Origin: a virus
Taxonomy: Duplodnaviria > Caudoviricetes
IMG/VR virus record: IMGVR_UViG_3300017728_000004
Span: 1-62,607 of that record
Direction: 5' to 3' (one strand)
Length of the DNA stretch: 62,607 bases
The position numbers and the translations under genes were made by a program. Under the pieces are notes generated by a model, which saw nothing but the letters and a program-made list of their open reading frames with translations, was not told the DNA's origin and made no database searches. Position 1 is the stretch's first letter; each line of letters opens with the position of its first letter. Positions 44,847-57,200 of the stretch are shown here, in pieces.

Positions 44847-45398
44847 ATGCCTGGATTGATGGCTGGAATATTCATGGGCACCTGTAGTGGTCATGGAACT
44901 GGTGTTGGAGCATCTCACCACCCTGGATTGGGTGGAGGTGTATTACCTAATTGCCCACACCCATCACTAAGCCCCACGGTCGTCGCCTCACCACTACCTG
45001 CAGTTAATGCAGTTGCTATTTGGCCACCAGTACCACAATTACCTTTGGGTGTCGCAAAAGCAGTTGCTGCTAAAGTCTTCATTAATAAGAAGGTTCCTAT
45101 TGTAGATTTGGATATTTTAACTCCTCATCCAACACCTACTCAGTTTACTACAACATCTGTAGGTGAAAAATGCCTTGTAACTCTCAACACACCTGCTTGG
45201 TGGTGTACTGTTGGTATAACTGGCGGTAGAGAAGCACCCATTGGGCATGCGAGGAAAGCACTGGCAACTAGCAAGACTGTCTTTATTGGCAAAGTCAATG
45301 CAACACGCTTTGGAGATCCTCTAGGAGACGGGACACCAGCGTTCCCGTGTCTGTCTGTCATCACTGGTTCAAGTCCTAATGTTTTTATTGGAATTTAA
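44847..45398 (+). CDS. PAAR-like spike-tip protein (gp5.4-like)
   Basis: CSGHG, VFINK.P, H.TP, SKTVFIG...ATRFGD, C...ITGSSPNVFIG. Confidence 0.8.
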   Translation: MPGLMAGIFMGTCSGHGTGVGASHHPGLGGGVLPNCPHPSLSPTVVASPLPAVNAVAIWPPVPQLPLGVAKAVAAKVFINKKVPIVDLDILTPHPTPTQFTTTSVGEKCLVTLNTPAWWCTVGITGGREAPIGHARKALATSKTVFIGKVNATRFGDPLGDGTPAFPCLSVITGSSPNVFIGI

Positions 45399-45401
45399 TT
45401 A

Positions 45402-45548
45402 ATGGCAAAAGTTACAAAAACGTTTTCTGGCGACAATATGATCGAAAGTCGTCCTAAGAAGACCCGCCAAGGTCGTGGAGCACATACCAAATATGCTTCG
45501 ACTAGTAGAAACAACGCTCGAAAGCGTTATCGTGGTCAAGGACGATAA
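45402..45548 (+). CDS. Small basic protein
   Basis: Hand-translated MAKVTKTF...PKKTRQG...KRYRGQGR (48 aa). Confidence 0.75.
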   Translation: MAKVTKTFSGDNMIESRPKKTRQGRGAHTKYASTSRNNARKRYRGQGR

Positions 45549-45551
45549 ATA
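45544..45551 (+). promoter_or_regulatory. Late promoter motif (GATAAATA)
   Basis: Upstream of the gp25-gp6-gp7 run. Confidence 0.65.
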
Positions 45552-45601
45552 AAAGGGATAGAACCCCTTAAAAAGTTCTATTTTATATTAAATGGAGGCA
45601 C

Positions 45602-45760
45602 ATGGGGTTAAATCACGTTCCCGATCACAATTCTGATATGATGAAACAGGATTTTGGCACGGTTGTATTAATTACAGACGTTAAATCCGATCAGTATCTC
45701 AATTTGTATAAGGGTAATCGACAAACACAAAAGACTGAGAATCTCAGAAAATGGCGTTAA
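45602..45760 (+). CDS. Small hypothetical protein
   Basis: Hand-translated MGLNHVPDHN...DFGTVVLITD (52 aa); GGAGG SD. Confidence 0.65.
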   Translation: MGLNHVPDHNSDMMKQDFGTVVLITDVKSDQYLNLYKGNRQTQKTENLRKWR

Positions 45761-46170
45761 AGAAAATTGGGGGTAAGGATCTAACCGTATCACGAAAATT
45801 CGTAGATTTGGCAATTAATTTCTCCAGAAATCCCTTTACAGATGATGTATCAGCAGTAAAGAATGAAGGTGCTATCAAACAGGCAATCAAAAACCTGATT
45901 TTGACGACACCTGGGGAAAAACCCTTTCAACCCATTTTCGGATCTAAAGTTAACGCCTTGTTATTTGAACCTTTAGATCCATTCACTGCAGATGCTCTTG
46001 AAGAAGAGATCATAAATACCATTAAACAACACGAACCTAGAGTACAACTTGAAAATGTTTTTGTGACTCCTGTTTATGAAGGTAATAAAATTAATATTAC
46101 TATTGAATATAAAGTAGTCGGGTTACCCATTGTCGAAACAATAAACTTTGTTTTACAGAGACCTGAGTAA
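45751..46170 (+). CDS. gp25: Baseplate wedge subunit gp25
   Basis: NP.T.D...KNE.AIKQ.IKNLILT..GEKPF.P.FGS...LLFEP...EPRV. Confidence 0.93.
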   Translation: MALKKIGGKDLTVSRKFVDLAINFSRNPFTDDVSAVKNEGAIKQAIKNLILTTPGEKPFQPIFGSKVNALLFEPLDPFTADALEEEIINTIKQHEPRVQLENVFVTPVYEGNKINITIEYKVVGLPIVETINFVLQRPE

Positions 46171-48203
46171 TGCAACCAACCAATTTAACAGCATTAGATT
46201 TTGATGATATCAAATCATCAATCAAATCTTATTTAAGGACACGACCCGAATTTACGGATTATGACTTTAATGGATCAGCGCTGTCGTATTTAATTGACAC
46301 CTTAGCGTATAATACATATTATTCTGCATTCAACGCTAATATGGCGATGAATGAAGCATTTTTACCCTCAGCAACGGTTAGGGATAATGTTGTTAATATT
46401 GCGAAGTTATTAAATTACCTTCCTAGGTCAATTACTACGTCTAAAGCATGTTTAGCGTTTGAATTGCAAACAGTACAGACAAATGGAGCATATCCATCTT
46501 CTGTAGTACTTAAAAAGGGCGCTGTATGTAGTGGTGGTGCTTATATTTGGAACGTTCTTGAAGATATAACTGTTAGTGTTAGTCCTACAACAGGAATTGC
46601 GATATTTGATGCCGTTACTGTTCGTGAGGGTGCTATTGTAACATTCTCATATGTTGTTAACACCTTTGCATCTCAAATTTATAAGGTTCCTTCCGAAGAT
46701 GCTGATATTGAAACTCTTTCTGTAAAAGTGAGACCTAATGAATCTACTACAGAATTTGATCTTTACAATAGAGTCAGTACTATTACGACTTTAACTCCAA
46801 CAACGCGAGCATATTTCCTCAATGAAGGTGAGGACATGCGTTATGAGATTAAGTTTGGTGATGATAGTGTTGGACGTGCTCTGAAAGATGGTGAGGTAGT
46901 AGAATTAGAATATTTGGTTACTTCTGGCACTGCAGCAAATGAAGTGTCTAGATTTAACTTTATTGGTAGAATGGTTGATAGTAATGGCGTTTCATATCAA
47001 GCAGCTCAGATTGAGATTACGGTAAAGGAGAAATCTCAACAGGGTCAACCTGCAGAAACCATAGAATCGATCAAATATAATGCTCCTAGATACTATTCCG
47101 CGCAATATAGAGCAGTCACAGCGCAAGATTACGCAATTATTACCAGAAATCTATATTCTAACGCTAGTTCTGTTGTTGCATATGGTGGAGATGCGTTAAA
47201 TCCTCCTATTTACGGAAAAGTCTATGTTGTCATCAAAACAAAGACGGGATCTTTGCTAAATGACGCTACTAAGAAAGAAATTGCCTCAGATTTAAGAAAA
47301 TATGCGATGGCATCTATCGATCCTGTGGTCATAGATCCTGATGATATGTACATTAATCTAAAACTGTTCGTTTCTTACGATACTGGTTGCGGATCTAACC
47401 CATCAGAAATTAAATCTGATATTAATCTTGCGGTTCAAGATTGGGGAAAACAGACAGCAATCAATAACTTTAACTCAACATTTAGAGCAACTGATTTTGA
47501 GAAAGCAGTAACACTTGCTAATAAATGCGTTAATGATGTTTCTCTTCAAACAACGATTCTAAAATATCTAAACCCAACTCCTAATCAAACTAATACTTAC
47601 TGTATTTCTACTGGATCTGATTTATATAACAGTGCTCCTAGTCAGGACGGCGGTGATGGAACTACTTGTAAGAAAGAACCAATTCTTCTTTCTGGAACTT
47701 TCAGAACTGCGGAAAGACCTGGTGTTGATCAACAATTTGAAGATGATGGTTTTGGTAATCTGAGATCCTTCTACAATACTGGTACTAGAAAGATCTATAC
47801 AAACGATACTGCTGGTACAGTTAACTATGATACGGGTCAAGTCTGTTTTGGTCCTGTTAATGTAATTGGTTCGGGCACTAATGTCCCTCCCGATAGTGCT
47901 ATTACAATCACCGATGTTTCTACTGGATTAGGTGGAGTTACGGATATAACACAAATACCTACTGACATCCAAATCCCTGTTGTATTTGTTCCTGCAAACA
48001 CTGCAACTATTCCTGGTTCTACTCCAGGAACGATCATTAATATTATTACTCCAACAATTACAGTTGTGCCGATTGGAACAAGACCAGTTCCTACAATCCC
48101 TCTAAATAGTTTGACGCCAACGGAATTCAATCAAACCCCTACCACGATTGATATTCCTGACATCGATACCAACGGAAATATCAGTAACACTAGTTGCTTC
48201 TAA
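46170..48203 (+). CDS. gp6: Baseplate wedge subunit gp6
   Basis: LDFDDIK.SI...FTDYDF.GS.LS.LID.LAYNTYY...NEAFL.SA..R; RAVTAQDY; YGKVY. Confidence 0.93.
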   Translation: MQPTNLTALDFDDIKSSIKSYLRTRPEFTDYDFNGSALSYLIDTLAYNTYYSAFNANMAMNEAFLPSATVRDNVVNIAKLLNYLPRSITTSKACLAFELQTVQTNGAYPSSVVLKKGAVCSGGAYIWNVLEDITVSVSPTTGIAIFDAVTVREGAIVTFSYVVNTFASQIYKVPSEDADIETLSVKVRPNESTTEFDLYNRVSTITTLTPTTRAYFLNEGEDMRYEIKFGDDSVGRALKDGEVVELEYLVTSGTAANEVSRFNFIGRMVDSNGVSYQAAQIEITVKEKSQQGQPAETIESIKYNAPRYYSAQYRAVTAQDYAIITRNLYSNASSVVAYGGDALNPPIYGKVYVVIKTKTGSLLNDATKKEIASDLRKYAMASIDPVVIDPDDMYINLKLFVSYDTGCGSNPSEIKSDINLAVQDWGKQTAINNFNSTFRATDFEKAVTLANKCVNDVSLQTTILKYLNPTPNQTNTYCISTGSDLYNSAPSQDGGDGTTCKKEPILLSGTFRTAERPGVDQQFEDDGFGNLRSFYNTGTRKIYTNDTAGTVNYDTGQVCFGPVNVIGSGTNVPPDSAITITDVSTGLGGVTDITQIPTDIQIPVVFVPANTATIPGSTPGTIINIITPTITVVPIGTRPVPTIPLNSLTPTEFNQTPTTIDIPDIDTNGNISNTSCF

Positions 48204-48211
48204 ATTAAGAG

Positions 48212-51200
48212 ATGAATATTAATAAGGTTTCTCAGTCTATCGCCAGTCAGACTCCCGACTTTATCGGGTCTGAATATCCCCTGTTTAATAAATTCATAGA
48301 ATATTATTACAGGTCCCAAGAAAAAACAGGTCTTGGTCAAAATATAGTCAATAACTTCCTACAATATCTGGATATTGACAAACTTGACATTGGTATCCTG
48401 GACGGTTCAACTAAAGTTGTAGAAGAGATTACAGCAACTAGTGACACCATTGTTGTTGAGTCTGTTGATCAATTTTTAGACGCTAACGGTTCGATACTGA
48501 TTGGCGACGAAGTAATTTACTACGAGAGTACGACTACTTCTCCAAACATTGCTCTGACTCCTGGTATCTCTTATGAACAGGTAAAACTTAAGTGGACTCC
48601 TCTTGCTCAGATCATTGATTCTTTTGATGGCACTACTCGTTCCTTCCCTTTAACATCTCAGGCCAATCCCATTGGACCTCCTACTGCACAACACATTATT
48701 GTTAGTCTTTATGGTGATGTTTTAATCCCTAACACGGATTATACTATTAGTGGAACAAATATTGTCTTCACAAATCCACCTAGGAGTAGAATTGCATCTG
48801 ATGACAATTCATCTACCTATATTACCTTCCTGAGTGGTTTTATTGAAAATACTATCGTTGGTATCGATAATATTTCAAATTCGTTTGGTGAGGGTAAAAC
48901 CGAATTTAAACTGACTAGAAATGGTGTAAAATATGAACCTATTGTTGATGAATACCTAGTTGCTGTTTATGATAATGAACTCTTAGTTCCTAAGGTTGAT
49001 TATTTTTTAGATGGTGATATTTTTATCTTTAATACTGCTCCTCTAAACGGACGATTCTTATCTCTGTATTCTATTGAGGCACCTATCCCCTCATTCGGTA
49101 GTGGTGCAGTTGGTTATGCCCGTATCGACAATCTGGGTCAGTTAACTTCTATTTCGATCAATGAAAATGGAAGTGGTTATAGATTTCAGTATCCACCTAA
49201 AGTTAATATTAGTTCTGTCAAGTCTGGTGCTGGTGCAAATGCCACTGCATTGGTAAATGGTATCAAATCTTCCACTTTACTGTCTGGCGGTAAAGGTTAT
49301 AGCGATACTAACCCTCCAACCGTAGTTATTGAAAACCCTACTGTTGCTGGATCTAAACTTGCCGAACTGAAAGCTACTGTTACTGATGGTACTATCACTG
49401 CAGTTAATATTGTTGATTCTGGTAGTGGTTATACTTTTACTCCTAGAGTAACGTTTAGACAACCTGGTGGTGCTATTCTTGGCGCACCAACTATCAGTAG
49501 TGGTTCTATTTCAGGAACAGTCACCGTTATTGACGGTGGTCAAGGATATACTACTGCACCTACAATTTACGTTGATGAACCTCTGGGTGATAATCCAATT
49601 AGAGCAAATATCCAGGCAGTTCTTACTAATGGTGTAATTACTGGCACTAATGTATTGAATGCTGGTCAAGGTTATACCTCTGTTCCTAGAGTTGCTGTTA
49701 TTGATCCTACTGGTGCTCAAGTCCTCCAGACTCAAGTTGATGGTGATGGACGTGTTATCGGCATTGAAATTCTCAGTGGTGGCAATGGATTTGATGATGT
49801 CCCCTCTGTGTATATTGTTGATAATAGACCTAATGGTGGTATTGGAGCAACTGCAACAGCATCTATCTTTAATGGTAGAATTACCGATATCAATGTCACT
49901 AATTTTGGTAGTGGGTATAGTGCTGCAACACCTCCCTCAGTAGTCATTCAAGCACCACCTCAGGCAGAAGCATCTGTTGAGATTGGTTTGAATGAAATTA
50001 CTGGATTCTCTATTAACAAGTCTGGTAAAGAATATTCTAAAGCACAGTTTATTGGTTGTGCCAGAGCAGCAAGTGGTGTCACTTCATATACTGAAAGTGG
50101 TAATGCTGTGTTCTCTAATGACACAATGGCAATGCCTGCTGCTGCATCTGCAAACGTAAAGTGTCTTGATGCTTTATTTGTCAAGAGACTTTTAGACAAA
50201 TACACCGAACAATTCCTTCCTGATGTTCCTGAACTGGATTATAAGAAGATTGACGTTCGTACTGCAATTAAATCAGTAAAAGATTTCTATTCTTCTAAGG
50301 GTACATCCTTTAGTGTTGCATATCTGTTCAAACTTCTCTACGGGGAACAGATTAGCATCTCATATCCTAAGGACCAAATTATCAAGCCTTCTTCGGCAAC
50401 TTGGTCTATTGATACGATTCTTCGTGCAACTTTAGTAAGTGGCGATCCTACAAATATTAAAGATGGTCTGCTGACTCAAGAAGCAGATATTGCAGATCCT
50501 AACATTAGAGCAGCAAGTGCTCTGGTTGAAAATTATATCTCTATTAAAACTTCTGAAGTTGAGATCTTTGAACTTGTCTTATCTGAAGAGACCATTGTAG
50601 GTTCATTCACAGTTCCATATAAGACTAAGTTGGCAGAACCTCTTGGTATAGAAGATAATGTCATTACAGTTGACTCTACGATCGGTTGGCCAGAAAGAAA
50701 CGGTGAATTTGTCATTGGTTCTAGCGAAGTAGTACAATATAAGGAAAAATCTCTTAACCAGTTTATCGAATGTACTCGCTCTGTTAACAATATTGTTGAA
50801 GATTGGGATTCTGCTACTCCTGTAGCATCTAATTTTACAGTATTCATTAATAGAGGAACGGCTCAGGAAGTAGTTCTGAATGTTGTTGGTATTGTTGATG
50901 CTCAGCAAACTACCCTTACTGATACTGGATCTTATTATCTTTCTGGTGATAAACTTACTGTATCTAAACTTGGTGGTACATCTACCAAACCAGAACTCAG
51001 AACTTGGTTGTACAACGTTAAGAAACTGATTGAAGTCAGTTCTGTAACTTTTGGTGGTATTAATAATCGGTTTGCAACAATTACCTGCTCTAATGCACAT
51101 GGTCTTTTAGTTGGTGATCAGGTTACCGTTTATGGTGCAAACCCAATCATTTACAACGGATCATTCTTCGTTACTTCTAGGGACAGTGAAACTATATTCC

Positions 51201-54200
51201 AGTATCAACTTCCTCAACCCGCTACTGTTATTCCTCAGGGCAATATCTTAGTATCAGTTGACTTGAACAAAGGTAAGTCTGATAATATTGCGGTTCTTAA
51301 TTCTATTGGACCTTACACAACTAACGTACAAAACTCGTTCTTTAACGACGACTCCGTTTATGTTGCATCTACTGGTATTCCCAACTATGCAATTGGTCCC
51401 TTCCCTGGATCTGCACTATTACCTGGTAACCAGCGTAAGTTAAACAGATTCCCACTGAATCCTCTAACAATTTCTACCAAAAGTAGTATTTCTCCTGGAC
51501 CTGTTGGTACATGGGTTAATGGCGTATCTATTTGGTCTTATAAGTCGGATATTGCAAAAACCTTTGGTCCTGTAACATCTATTGGTATTACTGATGCAGG
51601 TTCTGACTATGACGCTGCGTCCCCTCCAACCATTACCATTTCTGGTGGTGGCGGTACTGGAGCAACTGCTAGTGTTGTAGTTGATGGGTCTATCACGTCG
51701 ATCACAGTCGATGCATCTGGATCTAACTATACTTCATCCCCACTAGTCTCTATCGTCGGTGGAGGCGGTTCTGGTGCCGCTGCAACGGCAATTATCACTA
51801 AGGGTGTTGTTTCTAGAATTCTTATGAATTCTGGTGGTACAGGATATACCTCACAACCATCAATCACTATTGTTGGTGGTGGTGGTACTGGAGCAACTGC
51901 GACAGCATCTGTTCGTGGTCCTATCAAATCTATTGGAGTTGATGAGGGTGGTGCATCTTATACCTCTCAACCCGATGTCTCTTTGAGTTCTGGTTCTGGT
52001 GCTGTTGCTCAAGCAATTGTTAGTAACGGAAGAATCATTTCTATTGCTATCATCTCTGCAGGTAGTGGATATACTACTGCTCCTGAGGTCACTATTCAAG
52101 GTGATGGTTTTGGTGCTCTTGCGCGTGCAACCATTGATACTGATGGTGAAAATGCTGGTAGAGTAACTGCTATTGAAATCCTTAACAGAGGTATTAACTA
52201 TGTTCAGGGTACAACTATTATTAACCTGACATCTGTCGGTAATAATGCAACCTTTAGTTCCAATGTATTCCAATGGACATACAACTTAGAACAAACTACT
52301 ACATTTGATGCTGCAAAAGGTGCGGTCTTTGCTGGATTTAATAACCAGTATGGTGGTGAGTATGCACACCTTGCTAATCCTCAGAAACTAAGATATATCC
52401 TGGGTGATAACCTGTTTGTCAATACTAACGGCGAAACCCTTGAGCAAGAAGATCAGTTAACACACTCTCCTATTATTGGTTGGGCATTTGATGGTAATCC
52501 CATCTATGGTCCTTATGGATATACCGATCCTACGGATCAGGCATCAGCAATCAGCAGACTTGATACTTCATATCGTCTTAAGACAAATCTTGTTTATAAT
52601 GAAACTACAAATCCATATCCTGTTAGAACTGCTGGTCCTCTCTTAACAGAAGAGACTGCAGGTAAGTTTATTGAAGACTATGAGTATGTCTTTGGTTTAG
52701 GTGATCTAGATCAATACAATGGTCGCTTCTGTAAGACCCCTAATTTCCCAGAAGGTGTATATTGCTATTTTGTTACTATTGACACTACCGAGAATGGTAA
52801 TGCACTATTCCCTTATGTTACTGGTCCAGATTTCAACTCAGTTGTTGATTCTTGGAATCTTAATAAGGATGCTGTACAACAGAATATTCCTACAGGTGTT
52901 GTCCGCTACAGAGATCCTTATGAGAACGTTGATATTGACGTTGAGAGGGCACCGAATGCCTCTACAAACGCTCTAACCACCGAGGGTGGTGAAATCCTAC
53001 TCTTTGATATAGAAGACGAGAATAGAGACGGTATTATTGATGCTGCAGAAACTGCAGATCCCGATCAATTATTTGAAGAGTCTCCTTTACAACTCTTTGA
53101 TTATTTCCCTTCAGTAAGATTCGATTCTAAAGTTGATATTGAAGTTGAAACGATTACTAAGTTTGAAGATGCAGCAGTAACAGGATTCACTGTTGAAAAT
53201 CCTGGTAAGAGTTATCAAGTTAATGATATCTTAACCTTTGATAATAGTGGTACTGAGGGTATTGGCGTATCTGCTCGTGTTTCTAGGATTACTGGTGAGA
53301 CTATCCAATCTTATGGATTTGAGACTGTAAATGATAAGAATTACGGTGTTGTTCAAACCACCGTCCCCCATAACATTACTGCAGGAGATACTGTTTTCGT
53401 TGATTATAGTCCTGTCATGGACAACACGAACAAGCAGTTTATTGTCCGTCAGTTAAAAGGTATTGAAGAACTTGTAATTGAGCAAAGTGGATCTGGATAT
53501 GATGATCAGATTCCTCCTACAATTATTATTGATGGCGATGGCGAATCTGCATCATTAGAGGCAGTAGTTACAACTGTTGGATCTATTGACAATGTTAACA
53601 TTATCAATTCTGGTTCTGGATATACTAAGAACCCTAGAGTTATTCTGAGTCATCCTCAAGTATTCAAGAAAGCGGATTATTACGTTTCTACTATTGCAAA
53701 TCAAAATTATGTCAAAGTTAATGATGCAATCGTAAATGGTGATAAAGAACTTTTTGTTTGTGGTAAAACCTTAGATAATAACAGTAACGAAGTAGCATTT
53801 ATTGCTAAATTCTCTGCTCTTGGAGTAAAAGAGTGGGAGAACTCTTTAGAGAGTCAAACAGGTCAAACTTATACCGAATTCCTCAAATTAGACGTTAGTG
53901 GCAATAATATTTGGGTAGTTGGTGAAAACAAACCAAATGCAACCATTCTTGCTGCATATAACCCAGATATCATTCTTGCAAAATACACTCAGGCTGATGA
54001 TGGTCTTAGTGCTACGTTGAATTTCCAAAAGGGTTATGCTGGTATCTCTGGTTCTACTCGTGCAGATAAAGTAACAGCAATTAAGAGATATTCTGATACT
54101 CGTTATATCATTGGTGGTTATACAAATACCAACTCAGCAAATCCATATGATGCATTCATCGCATCTATTGATTCAACTGGTAATTTTGCTGCAAAGAGAA

Positions 54201-57200
54201 AAATTTCGACTTCTTCTAAGTCGGAAAAACTTCTTGATCTGATTGTTCTTGATGATGCAGTTTATTTCGTCTTAGAAACTGCTGATAGTGATAGTGCTAC
54301 TGATATCAAACTATCTTTCGGTAAGGCACAGATCGGAACTAGTGCAATTACGATTGATTGGATCAAGGAAATCAATAACTCCTTGTATTCCTTCCTGAAT
54401 GTAAGTTTAGTCTCTGATGAATTTAATGAGTGTTATATTAATGCAACACTAAGACTCAAGTCGGACAATACTACTAAAGATAGTTTCTGGGTTGGTAAAT
54501 TTGATACCACTGGAGAGGTTCTTTGGAATTACAGATATGTTGCTCCTGCAGGTGAGTCTGTTGAAGTTGCACAGAAGGGTGTTATCGACATCTTTGGTGA
54601 TTTGAACGTAGCATTCACTAGAACTAATAACACTACCTTATATAAAACTGTAGATACTGTTAAAATTGGTTATGATGGTAAAATAAAGTCTCATACTAAT
54701 AATGAATTCAATAAGAATAATATTGAAGGTATTTCAGTACATGCTTTAACTGTTGATAACTCTGGTGATGTTTATGCCTTAGGTCAAACCTCTTGGAACA
54801 GAAATGAGTTCATCCTTGAGTTTACTTCAGGTGCAACTACCGATACTTGCGACCATTACACTCCAACATACACAGGAACTGCTGGTGCAATTCAATATCT
54901 TGCTAATGCAGCATATCTACCTGGATATCAAACTGCATCACCATCTTCTTGGGAAAATGCAAATATCACAATTCCTGCAGCACAGTTAGGAACTAAACTT
55001 AATGATGATTGGACCTGTGAATTCATGGTCTATAAGAATGGATCTGAATATAACGACTTTAGTCAAACTCAGGTCACTTTGATGGCAATTGGTGATGCTA
55101 CCGTCTCTACTGGTGGTCTGTGGTTGTATTATGATCTTTCTAGTGGCAAACTTGAATTAGTTGTTACTAACAACACCACTTCTATCAACTCTGCAGGTAG
55201 TGCATTACAATCTGTATCAACAACGATGTATGCAGATAATAACTGGCAGTTTGTTGGATTAACAAAAAGTGGCAATACCTTCACTGGTTATGTAAATGGT
55301 ATTCAGGTATTCACTGGAACTATCGCAGACACTAGTCTCGGTAATAAGGATATGTTCTTTGGTAATATTCCTGGCAGAAACACTACATTGGGTGATTTCC
55401 GTTCTAATGAACAGTTCCAGGGATATTTCGATAATATTAGACTTAGAAACAGATTAGTTACTCCTACAGTTCCTTCTGAGGTTTCTGCTCTACCTACTTC
55501 AGGTGGATATGGTCTTGCTTTCAGTTGGGTTGATACTGCTTGGTTCACAACTAATATGAATCGTTATGATTACATCGATTATATTGGTTGGGCTCTTAAG
55601 ACTGATAAGAACTCGGATTCTGCAAGAATTGGCGATCAGGGTGTTAAGACTAATACTGGAGTTGGTTTTGCTAGAACTACAGTTACCCCAGTCACGGGAT
55701 CCACTCTCACTGTAACTAATGTTGGACTTGCTCTGGGTGATGCTGGATTGCAAACTCTAGATTTTGATGATGCAACTATCACTCTTGCTCAGGATACAGA
55801 AGCATTAACTTATGCTGTAGATGACTGGAGTTCTAGAACATCCACAGTACCTTCACCTGGATCTCAAAAACTGAAAGTTACTGCGGTTGTCAGAAACAGA
55901 TACTATATTAAGGTTACTAACACTGTCAAAATTGATAATGTTCAGGAACTTACTATCAATCAACCGTTTGCTTTTACTGTTGGTTCAAAACTTCGTTTGA
56001 ATAGTGATTCAGGATCCTTTATCAACAGTGGTTATATCTTAAGAATTGACAGAACTAATAATAAAGTGTATGTTGCTGTTAATAATAATGCCTGGTCAGA
56101 TGATCTGAACACTGGTAATCTGCTTACTGAACAGTTTGCAGAGCAAAGCACTTATGGTATTACTGGTCCTGTTCCTCAGGATGTGAATATTATTACTGAT
56201 TATATCTTTGAGAAAATCGATAATACCACACCTGGTACGTTTGATATTGATCTAGACAAGTATAATTTAGATAATACCTATAACGCAGGCGGTGGTCAGA
56301 ATCTGGACTCCTTTGCTAAGTTCAAACCTTTCAATACTGATTTTTACGGTGTTAAGATTGAAGAGGTTTCTGGATCATCAACCTTTATTGTTGGATCTGT
56401 TGTTAATATCTCAGCTTCTGATATATCATTCAATGCAGCATATACTACTGCTCAGATTACAAATCTTACAGGTGTTCTAAAAATCACCCTAGTTGCTACT
56501 CTAGACAAGACTTTGCAATGCACTGCAGTTGCTAATACTGATGAAGTTTATGTAATTACTAACGATAAGCATTATCTGTCAGTTGGTGAGAACATTAGTG
56601 TAGATGGTAATCCATCTCAAGAATCAGGTGGTGTCACATATGACGAATATGACGGTTCATTCATTGTTGATAGTGTAGTAAGTTCTAAAGAGTTTACTTA
56701 TAAACTATCTGCTGCAGCAATCACTGCACCTGCAGTATCAGCAGGTTCCGTTAGTGTATTTGGTAAGTCTCCCGTCTTGAAGATGTACTATGGTCACCAG
56801 TATCTGTTTGACCTCAGTCACTCTTCTATGGCTGGTGCTAACCTGTCGTTCTCCAAAGATAATCTGTTTAAACTGGAGTATTCTTTCAACTCTATCGAAA
56901 GAATTGGAACACCTGGTTTGACTGGAGAAGGACAACCTACTCCTACTGTAAAATTAAAAGTTGGAAGAGGTACGGTAACTAATATCTCTTACTACTTCGA
57001 TCCTTCTAGAACTGGTAGTGAATCTCCTATTGCAGATGGTAGTTATCTTGATATTGTTGATTCCCCTTATTTGGGAACCTTTACTATCACAGATACTTCT
57101 GGTGGTACAATCACTACTGGCGATACCATTTATAAATTCTTACTTCCTGATGAACCTGAAGGTGTTGCAACAGTTTCTCAATCATCTTATAGCACCAGTT